From the human T2T-CHM13v2.0 reference genome, Homo sapiens, in NCBI RefSeq assembly GCF_009914755.1, contig NC_060926.1: a DNA stretch of 64,000 nucleotides; one strand, given 5' to 3'. A program made the position numbers and the translations under genes. The notes below the pieces were generated by a model, which was given only the letters and a program-made list of their open reading frames with translations, did not search any database and had not been told where the DNA came from. Positions 53,754-64,000 of this stretch are shown here, piece after piece. Every line of letters starts with the position of its first letter. The first letter of the stretch is position 1.

Positions 53754-55329
53754 GTACTACTGCTGTCCTGGCATTTTGAACTTACTTAGTACTTGAGTAA
53801 AAAGTAGTCGGGGGTGAGGGACTCACATGTGCGGGCGGTTTAGGGAAGGAGTTTCAGTGGTGTCTGTCAAACACTGTGCTTTGAATCTGATCCCACCCCT
53901 TCTGGAGCCCCAGAGATACAGAAGGAGTAATTTAATACTGAATGATAAAACAAATAAGGGTATGTAATACGCAAGTTCTGCAAGCTTTCAGTAGAAAGTC
54001 GGGAACCCTGCAGGCACACTGTGCCTGGCTGGAGGCTGGAGGCTGCAGGCCCAGGCTTCCATGCCCTCTGGCTTTCTCCTTTCTGAGGCTCCCTTGAGGA
54101 CAGGTGGCTGCTTCCAGCCAGGGCTGCAGTGGCTGCAGGAGCTGCTTTTCTTCTTCCCTGGGTCTTATGGGAGTCTCTGTTCTCTTCCTCCATCTCCAGC
54201 CTCTGGTGTCTGCTTGCCTGTTGCCCTTCCTCTCTCTCTTCCACCTTTTCTCTCTCTCTCGGTTGCTGTTTCAGTTGTACGGGGAGTAGATTTTTTCTTT
54301 CTTGAGCTTTTCACTGTGGGCTAGAAACTTGGGTGTCAAGGCCTCAGGCTTCTCTAGTTAGGTCCAGCCTGGGCCATGTTTGCCCAAATGTTGGAGAAGG
54401 TCTTTCCCCAGGGTCTTCCTTCTTTTGAAGGCCGAGTAGTGCCCTGTGGAGGAGCAGGTTGGACTTGTATTGAGAGTGTAATTAATACAGTTTTTCACAT
54501 ACCTAGTGGGTGGTTGGCTGGGGGCTAACCTTAAATGTGACCCAAATGGGAACAGGTAGGTTTCAGCCCCCTCAACAGCAGTGGGTAGTGGAGGTGCATA
54601 GTGGTATCAGGCCGACTCCTAGGAGGCCCCCCCAGTGCAGGTCCAGCATGCAAACTTAGAGACTTGGAAGCAGATCTTGCCAGTACACTGGCCTCTGTCC
54701 CTAGGCTCCCCAGCTCCCCTTCCCGGGTCCTTTATGTTTCTCATCTTTCTAAAAAGCACATCTGGCTCCTGTCTCCTCTGCTGAATCATCTCCGGCTTCC
54801 AGTAGCCTCGGGTCTGGGCCAGCTCCATGGCACAGCTTGTGAGGCTCCTAGAGACCTGCTGCTACTTCTCTCCCTTCAGATCCTTCTCTCGTTTCCCATA
54901 TCTGAGCCCTCCATTCCAGTCGCCACGCACCCCTGCATTCGGCCCTGGCCGGCTGTCTCCCGTCGGCCTCTTGCCCTGGTGCCTGCTGGCTTCTTGGTGC
55001 CTGAGCTGCCTTCCTCCTCCAGCCTCACCCAGCAACAATGTGGCGTCTGTGAGTGCTTCCTTGAGCCTGGGCCTCTCCTCCCTCCCAGGCTGACTTAGGT
55101 GCCCCTGTAGGCTTCCTATAGGCTGTTGTTTAATTGTTGTGTTTATCTGTGTCCCCAGTACACGGTGTGTCTTTGGCCTAAATGGAGCCTGGCACGCGGC
55201 AATCACGCAGCATGTGCTTGTGGAATGAGTGCGTGAGTCAGTGGGACTCCTGACTGAGGTGTCCTGCACTCTGGATGGCTGTCGGGGATGCTGGAGAAGG
55301 AATTTTTGCGTTTGATGGGGCTTGAATCA

Positions 55330-56085
55330 GATCAGTGGTTTTTTACCCATAATTTTATTATTGTGTTAAAGTCCATAAAACATAAAATTTGCCATCTTAA
55401 CCATGTTGAAGTGTACACTTCAGTGCTGGTAAATTCATTCATCTGCAGCCATCACCACCTTCCATCTCCAGGACTCTTCTCCTTGCAAAACAGACTCTGT
55501 CCCCATGAAACACTAACTTCCTCTTCTCCCGTACCCCAGCCCCTGGCACCCTCCATTCTACTTTCTGTCTCTATGAATCTGACTACTCTAGGGACCTCGG
55601 ATAAGTGGGGTCATAGAGTGTTTGTCATTTTTTTGACTGGCTTATTTCACTTAATATAATGTTCTCAAGGTTTATCCATGTTGTGGCATGTATCAGAATT
55701 TCATCGCTTTTTAGGGCTGAATAATATTCCATTGTAATGGATATACCATATTTTGTTTATCCACTCAACTGTCAATGGTACAGTTTGCTCCCACATTTTA
55801 GCTATTATGAATAATACTGCTATGAACATGGGTATACAAATATCTCTTCAAGACCCCGTTTTCTATTTTTTTGGATAAATACCCAGAAGGGGAATTATTG
55901 GGTCATATGGTAAATCTGTGCCTAATTTTTTGAGGAGCTGTTATACTATTTTCCATAATGGCTGCATCATTTTACATTTCCACCAACAGTGCATGAGAGC
56001 TTCAATTTCTCCTTATCCTTGCCAATGCTTGTGGTTTTGTGTGTTTTTTTTTAGGAGCAGCCATCCTAATGGGTGTGAGGTGGTT
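55330..56085 (-). mobile_element. L1MB-like 3' fragment in TRAF3IP1 intron 3
   Basis: tggcttatttcacttaatataatg...gctgaataatattccattg...ttacatttccaccaacagtgc. Confidence 0.85.
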
Positions 56086-56468
56086 AGATAAAATCTTAAG
56101 GCACTTATGGCTGGGATTCTATGATCCCATTAGAAGTTTAAGGTATTTGTAGTAGAGTTGCATGGGTCAGCTTTATTAACCTTGAACACACACATTCACA
56201 TTTGACAGCTTGGGTAGACTTGAACCAGGATTCATTTAGCTTGGGTGGACGCTACTGTTAGTGACCAAAGTGCTGAAAGTAATAGTTATCAAGATATGCT
56301 GTGCTTTGTATGTGATAATAACATGTTCAAAAAATATTTTATCCTTTGAATTTCATTGTAGACAGAGAATCTGTCTCATGAGCTATCTTTGAATGGCGAT
56401 GTTCTATTTGTTACGTGTGCGGATCTCATTTCACCTAACACCTCATTTCCTTCCATTTGGACGACAAG

Positions 56469-56612
56469 CTCTCTAGTGACGATGCGGTGCGGAGGGTTTT
56501 AGCTGGAGAGAAGGGAGAAGTGAAAGGCCGGGCCTCACTGACCTCAAGATCTCAGGAATTGGATAATAAGAATGTGCGAGAAGAAGAGTCCAGAGTTCAC
56601 AAAAATACAGAG
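56469..56612 (+). CDS. TRAF3IP1: TRAF3IP1 exon 4, [13 protein letters not shown]...HKNTE
   Basis: Matches the recalled protein; aag acceptor and gtgaat donor; 144 nt. Confidence 0.92.
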
Positions 56613-56708
56613 GTGAATTCCAAGTCGCACATCTTTGAAAATGAAATAGTGAGTCTTTTTGTAGTTTAGGTAAAAATATTCATAAATGATTTTATTTTTA
56701 TTTCGTAG

Positions 56709-57125
56709 GATAGAGGAGACGCTGAAATAAAAGAGAGAAGTACAAGCAGAGATCGAAAACAGAAGGAAGAATTGAAAGAAGACCGCAAGCCAAGAGAAAA
56801 GGACAAGGACAAGGAGAAGGCCAAGGAGAATGGCGGAAACAGACACAGAGAAGGGGAGAGAGAGAGAGCCAAAGCCCGGGCCAGGCCAGACAACGAGCGA
56901 CAGAAAGACAGAGGCAACAGGGAGCGGGACAGAGACTCCGAGCGCAAGAAGGAGACAGAGAGAAAGAGTGAGGGGGGGAAAGAGAAGGAGAGACTGAGAG
57001 ACAGGGACCGAGAGCGCGACCGGGACAAAGGGAAGGACAGGGACAGACGGAGAGTGAAAAACGGGGAGCACTCCTGGGACCTGGACAGGGAGAAGAACAG
57101 AGAGCATGACAAACCTGAGAAAAAG
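56709..57125 (+). CDS. TRAF3IP1: TRAF3IP1 exon 5, R/E/K/D-rich charged region
   Basis: ORF 56772..57140; cgtag acceptor and gtaaag donor; 417 nt. Confidence 0.95.
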
Positions 57126-58961
57126 GTAAAGTCTTGCTGAGAACCTCGCCTTTTGCTTAGCAAGAGTTTGTGGTGGTCTCAAACATGATTTTTACCTTTC
57201 TTACAATATGACTAGGAAACTGGTTTTCTTTTATGCCTATTTAAAATGATGACAATCTTGGATTCTCAATAGAAACCCAAAGAGATACTTATTTCTTGTC
57301 AGTTGTGTTTTGGGTTTTTTTGTTCATCCCCTAATAGAAGTTTATTGTTCAGCCAATCATTTATTAAGGCATTATTCAGTGAGTTTTTAACCATTTCCTA
57401 CTTCATGTCCAGGGAGAATTCTGCTGGATTATAAGCTCCCTAAGAGCAAAAGCTAGAGATTTCACTCATGTTCACTGTTGGATGCCCAGTCTGATAGAGT
57501 GTCTGACACATAGCAGCTTTGCAGTAAATATTTGGTGGTGGAATGGATTGAGCATCCAGGCAAGGGGTGATGGGCTTTTCAGATCATGAAACACTGGATG
57601 GAATTGATCAATTGATGGTGGTTTCTGAGGTCTCCCTTTATGGAATTTTGATCTGGGAGTGGTAGAAGATAATTTGAAGGGGGATGTCAGGAAAATATTA
57701 AATGCTTGCTCTTTTTAGGGTTTAATGATTCCCCACCAGGCATGTAGAGAAATCAACGTTTTTCAGAGTTTGAGCTGATTTGCCAAGTTGCTCTTGTCCT
57801 TGTCTTGCAGGTGTTTTAAGATGTGTTGCTTCTCCCGTGCGTGTCGTTTGTGTCATTTGTGTCACTCTCAGTATTGCTCTGAAGGCTTTGGAGCAGCCTC
57901 CACCTTAGCATTGCAAGCGGTGTTTATGCGCAGTCTGAGTTGTGCATGTGGTGTCTTTAGGAGCATGGACATTGCTCAGTTATTAAGGATTAGGGCTGCT
58001 TTCAAGGGCTTTTAGGCATCAGCAGATAAGTACAATAAGACCTGAGTTTACTGTAATTATTGTTTAATTAAATTTTCAGGTAAATTTAGGGTTTGCCAGG
58101 AAGTCCTGTTGGTTTCAAACTGTTTTCTCAATGTGTGAATTCTTTCTGGACCCACCATGTGTGTTGGGGACGTTTTCCCAGACACCCAGACACGCATTCT
58201 TTGGGGGATGTCAAATTGTAAAGCATCCCGCGAAGATGTTGGAAATCATCTTGTCTCCAGCTGCTAGGAAGGAGGACACTGAGGTCGGGAAGGGATCCAG
58301 ATCTGCCCAGTTGATCCGGCCGGGCAGTGAGGGGCAGGGCCTGAGCTGGTGCCATGGCCTCTTCCTCCCGGGACAGCCATCTTGTCTTGTGGCACTGCGT
58401 CTCAGGGTGTGCCTGCCCAGGGGAGGTGGGTGGGCGCCACAGGACTGACCCTGAGGGAATCCTGTAAACCAGGCTTTCCTGTGGGGGTCAGTATAAGCCC
58501 ATTTTGTGATCTGTGGGTCACAGTGGGATGGGGGGTGCCTACTGGCAAGACTGTGGTTTTGTTAGTAATTGAACGTAGTGTTCTACAAGGCACTTTGGAG
58601 TTTTACTATTTAAAATGTCACTCTTTCCCCCTCCACTGCACATCCTGGAGTAATGTACCCTATGATATGTGTCATACCTGGCTTTCCTTATGAGTCTTAG
58701 GAATTACAAAGACATTCCCCATCTTTTGCTCCTTTTTAGAGGTGTAAGAAAAAGTATTTTTCATGGACCTGATTTTTCTGAGGCACTAGTATATTCGGGT
58801 GTATTTTGCTGTGCATGAGGCATCCTAGGAAGGGGTTAACCTTCCTCAGCTCACAAAGCCTTCGGATTGAGGGTCCCCACGTTATGTTCCCTAAAACTGC
58901 TAATGAGGTGACTGGCTTTTTAAGTAGAGAGAAACCATTCCAAAGAAATTCTTAGAGGCTC

Positions 58962-59340
<379 letters not shown>

Positions 59341-60606
59341 TTAAAAGCGTCTGAGACCATGGCGAAGTGATTTTTTCCTACTCGAGGCTGTTGCTTACTT
59401 GGCTGCCGTGAGATTTGCGTGGATCTCGCATGGTGGTTGTGCTTGCCAGGCTCTTCTGTGGACGATCTGGGGGCTTCTTCATTGAGCCGCGTAGGTCTGG
59501 GAGGCAGCTGCGTCCTTTCCTCTGGTAAAAAGCGCCAGGCAGGTGTGAGCTGCTGTGAGGCGCCTCCCGAGGAACCCCTGTTCCCAGGGACCTTACTCAC
59601 ATCTACGCTGGGGAGGCAAGAGACTCAAGTTCTAACCCCGGTTCTGCCTCAGTCATTCTTTGTCCTCTTCCCCATTTTATTTCTGTCTAGTAGAGAGGCT
59701 GATGAGATCCTAGGCTACCTCATGGGCTTTTGCGAAGAAGAGGTGAAATAGTAGATATGAAAACACTTGGAAAATTAAGAGTGCAGTTGAGAGGCCAGGT
59801 GCTAAGTTAGACTGGCCATGTGGGGGTCCCAGGCCCCTGCTTAACTGCCTCTTTTATGGGTAGCACGTGTGCAGTGCCCAGCTTGCAGTCATGGGTAATT
59901 ACTGCTGATACAATCTGATACCTTCATAATTAACTTATGAGGACATTGAATTGTTGAAATATCGAACAGGCATTCTTTGCTTTTCAGTCTTCCTAGAGGA
60001 AAATCTCAATGAAGATAATCATTCTACTCCTTCTACTCTGAGATATGTCTTCTGGAAAAGTGATTTAAGGCGTGAGATAAGATGGTGTTTACGGTTTTCA
60101 TGCAGTTTATGTTATGAGAGTGCTTTCCTCACTTAAAGTCTGAAGCCTTTGCGTAAAAAGAATTGCCCCATTCTATTAATAAAGTTAGCCTGTGATCAGC
60201 AGAGGCGGCTAGGAGCAGTTTCTCCGTGGGTGTTGGAGGTTTATATTGTTCATTCCCTCCCTCACTTCCAGATCCCTGGGTTTCATTGCGATATGTTTCC
60301 AGGAAGTTCGGTGTGGCGTAGGGATTCGTGTTCTGTGTAGCTTCCTGAGAGTCAGGAGTATTTGAAGTCCTTGCCCACCTACTCTGCCCTTATGGGAAGA
60401 GATCTCCCTGCCATTGGCTCGGAAGACTCTTGGGGAACGCAGGCAGCAGTAACAATTGTGGCGATCAGAGCTGGACTGGCGATGTGGTGTTCTCATGGGA
60501 AGAATGATTTCACTGTTGGTCAGTGTTATAGAAAATATCTTGGCATATTTTTAGATATTATGGATTGGAATAATTCTAAAGTTTGAATTTTTTTTTTTTT
60601 TAATAG

Positions 60607-60678
60607 TCAGCAAGCTCAGGGGAGATGTCTAAAAAGTTATCAGATGGAACTTTTAAAGACTCCAAGGCTGAAACAGAG
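60607..60678 (+). CDS. TRAF3IP1: TRAF3IP1 exon 6, SASSGEMSKKLSDGTFKDSKAETE
   Basis: Poly-T plus aatag acceptor; gtaaac donor; 72 nt. Confidence 0.92.
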
Positions 60679-61742
60679 GTAAACTTTAAAAAATAACTTT
60701 TAAGAGATGTCAACTTGTAGCTGTGTTGAAATAGTGAATGCTGTGCGCTCCCCGGGTCCACTGAGGCATGGAAGGAGCACATGGTCTGGGCCTATCTGTA
60801 ATAGGTCCATTTTATTTGGTTGTAAAAGTAATCAGTTAAATGCTTTACCTCCTGGTAAAATAGATGGGTGTGTGTATTCTCTGATTTTCTGTGGGGCACT
60901 CCTGGGTTTACTTATGCCTTTATATGACAAGTGTGATATGTGGTGTGATAGGGCTGTCATTTTGGGGAGAAGGGGGAGGTGGCACTCAGGATGAGTCTGG
61001 AAGAGGCAGGCGTAAGTCACCAGACAGACGGGGCCAGTGGGAGGGACCCCTCCAACCTCTGGTTGGCCTGTTCAGGACTCCGCGATGCATTTCCTGGGGC
61101 TGGGTATGGTAGAAGCTCATCATCTCCACGTGGGCCGTCTTGTGGAGGTTACACTCATCCCAAGCAGTAGGGGCCACTGAGAGGTTGAAGCCAACTTTCG
61201 TAATCCAATTTGCATTTCAGGAGGTCTTCAGGAGGTTGCAGGGAGATGGGTTAGGCATAGAGTAGAGGCTGGGAGGCCAGTTAGGGGAGAGAGGTGGTGA
61301 GACTGGAACTGTGCCAGTGGAGGGAGGAATAGGATGTGCTGTTTCCTTTGATTTGTGTTCTGTTTAAATATATGTAAATTTTTACCTTCTGAGTTGCTTA
61401 CAAGTGCATTTAAGTAATTAAGTATATAGCAACAGAAGTGGAGTCCTCATAAGCACATCCAATAAGACAGTGTTTCTCAAAGTGTGGGGAGCAGATTGTT
61501 GACCTTTTTAGGGCTGTACAGAATGATGGAATTCTAAATATAGTGTGAAAAGGGTTTTGGCCTCCGTGTAATTCACAGTCTCAGGTCTTGAGTCCTTAGT
61601 AGTATTGAGTTTTTAAAGCATATGGGCACTATTGCTGGATTTCATACTTGTTCTTCCTCAAGAAGAGCTTGAAAAATAAACCTGCTTATGATACTGCTGT
61701 GTAATACATCAATTAATTTCTTTTCATTCTTTTTTCTTTAAG

Positions 61743-61818
61743 ACTGAGATTTCCACTAGAGCTTCCAAGTCATTGACAACAAAAACATCAAAACGGCGAT
61801 CCAAAAATTCAGTGGAAG
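61743..61818 (+). CDS. TRAF3IP1: TRAF3IP1 exon 7, [25 protein letters not shown](G); gene continues beyond the right edge
   Basis: Polypyrimidine tract plus taag; gtactg donor; 76 nt. Confidence 0.92.
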
Positions 61819-63536
61819 GTACTGCAAAACTTATATATGTAGCTGAAAATATGGATATTAGTTTTTTTTTTTTTTTGTCTTAATCTCAATGTCTAGTAGG
61901 AAAGAACTCCTATGGCTGGAAAACAGACTTGCTGTGTCTGGGAATGAACAGCGTGTGGAAATAATGAAGATTTGTGGCTGTTACATACACATGCGTGTGT
62001 GCACAAGTGTGTGAACTGATGACATCAGGGCAGAGTAGCCCCTCTTTGCTGGAGATCTGTGTTGAAATCTAAAAGTTGTGATCAAATTTTCATTTTCCAG
62101 AAATACTTATCAGCCATCTTCATTTCAGTAGTTCTGTCCTTTGCGTTGGCAGTCTGCATTTAATCCTGATGCAGGTTGGATATAGAGCATGTAGGCAGAT
62201 AATGTTTATGTGTTTAAAAACTGCAGAAATTATGATTGGAAGCCATGCTAAAAGCCGAATGTACAGGCCTGGCCTGCGGTCCGCTGAAAGGATAGTACCT
62301 TATCATCTTGCCTAACATAAGAGTGTCAGGCAAATGCAGGGAAGCCCTGTTGGAGGCCACTGGCATTGGAGGCTTATTTTTCATTGAAGTATGAAGTTAC
62401 TTTGAATGAGCAGTGCTAGTTTCTGAAAAATCATCCTTTTCCTAAAGTGTGTAAGTTAAAGAAGGGTGGCAAGATGTAGTAGTGGGAATTTTCGCCTTAG
62501 AAAGGAGGCTTAGATGGTAGGTTCCACATGTGCACAATAATTAGTAATGCGTTTGTGACCAGCTTAGTGCCAGAAGCCTTTGCTGTCTTTTGGTTGACCG
62601 CTGTGGGGTAGGTTTCCAGAAGCGCAGTGGCTGGCACAAAGGGTGTGGCATTATGGCTACTGCGTGCCCTTAATGGCCCTTCACCCCACACCTTCTCCAG
62701 TGTTGTTAAGGCATGCTGATTTTGATGGACGAAAAACAAAAACGTTGATGACCAGTGAAATGGTCCTTGTCATCGCGTGTGAGTGTTTTGGGCGTCTCTG
62801 ACCTGCCTGTTCTTTGGTTTCTCTGGGTTCTTACTGATTTGCTTGCACGTGCTGTATGTTAAGGACATCTGCCAATTTGCCAGTTTTTGCATGAGTGTTT
62901 CTTTTTCAGTTTGTTTCTACTAATTATATTTGGTTTGGTTTCTGATTTGCCTAAGTGTTAAACTGTTATGTGCTTGAGGCCTCTAATCTTTTTTTTGGTA
63001 ATCTGTCCAGAGATTTGAGAGGTGAAGATTTGTGCTTTATCATACATTTTTTTTTACTTAATTTCTTATGTTATCTCTTACTTTAATTCATGGTATAAGG
63101 TGAGGCTCTGAATCTATTTTGTCAGAATAATCCATCCGTGGTTCCAGGATCACTTATTCATTGAATGCTTCTCTCCTGCTCTGTGAAGCCTTTTGTAGTC
63201 TGGGTTACGGGCTTTTTTGTGTGTGGTGTTTTTTACTTCCACTTTTTTATTTTTACTATTAGTTTTCTATCATTGTTCTTTTCCAAAAAGTTTTAAGCCA
63301 TCTTATTTGCTTATTCTTCCGGATGAATTTTAAAAACTCTTCATGACTCAAGAATTCCACTCTTGCAAAATAAACTAACGTCTCAGAATTTAACTGGACT
63401 TGTGTTAAATATATGCTTTCATTAGTTTAGGAAGTTTAGGCACCTCTAACTTCAGCTTAGTGAAGGTGTCCCCCTCTTCTGAGAACACGTTGCGTGTACT
63501 TGGTTGCGTATGTTGGTCACAGTGGTTGCTCGCTGG

Positions 63537-63552
63537 TTTATTTTATTTTATT

Positions 63553-63603
<51 letters not shown>

Positions 63604-63880
63604 TTTTGAGACGGAGTCTCACTCTGTTGCCAGACTGGAGTGCAGTGGCGCAATCATGGCTCACTGCAACCTCACTGCAAGTGATTCTTCTGCCTCAGCC
63701 TCCTGAGTAGCTGGGATTACATGTGTATGCCACCACGCCCAGCTAATTTTTTGTATTTTTAGTAGAGACAGGGTTTTACCATGTTGGCCAGGCTGGTCTC
63801 GAACTCTTGACCTCAAGTGATCTGCCCGCCTCAGCCTCCCAAAGTGCTGGGATTACAGCTGTAAGCCACTGTGCCTGGCC
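63537..63880 (-). mobile_element. Alu with a (TTTA)n tail
   Basis: Direct reading. Confidence 0.93.
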
Positions 63881-64000
63881 TGTTGTTGCCTCTTAATCCA
63901 GTAGTTCTTCTGTTGATTCTTTTGGCTTTCCTAAGCAGACAGTTGTATCATCTGCTCTTCTTTTCTAATTGCTTCTGATATGTGCATCTGTGTTTACTGG

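Noticed and set aside
56544-57182. Antisense Ser/Leu-rich ORFs
   Set aside because: Mirror of the purine-rich TRAF3IP1 exon 5

Overview
Primate (sequence-identical to human as far as I can recall, chr2q37.3) Alu-rich window with two divergent genes. On the minus strand is the 5' part of the circadian gene PER2: non-coding exon 1 at ~16.4-16.6 kb and coding exons 2-5, continuing off the left edge. On the plus strand is the 5' part of the ciliary IFT-B gene TRAF3IP1/IFT54: exons 1-7, from 48.4 kb, continuing off the right edge. The PER2 CpG-island promoter shows its known cis-elements: E'-box tandem overlapping an ATG-TGA minimal uORF, two D-boxes, and a CRE at about -1.6 kb. The ~32 kb intergenic interval holds a perfect 26 x 27-bp minisatellite flanked by canonical E-boxes, two oppositely oriented decayed ERV-L proviruses, an L1M 3' end, and many Alu, MER, MIR and L2 remnants. 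No prokaryotic system or CRISPR array is present. The best leads are regulatory: the ARE/MARE-like minisatellite upstream of PER2, a MER20-derived intronic VNTR, and a CMV-19-bp-repeat-like CRE palindrome beside a candidate alternative first exon. Repeat subfamily names and literature links are recalled, not searched.
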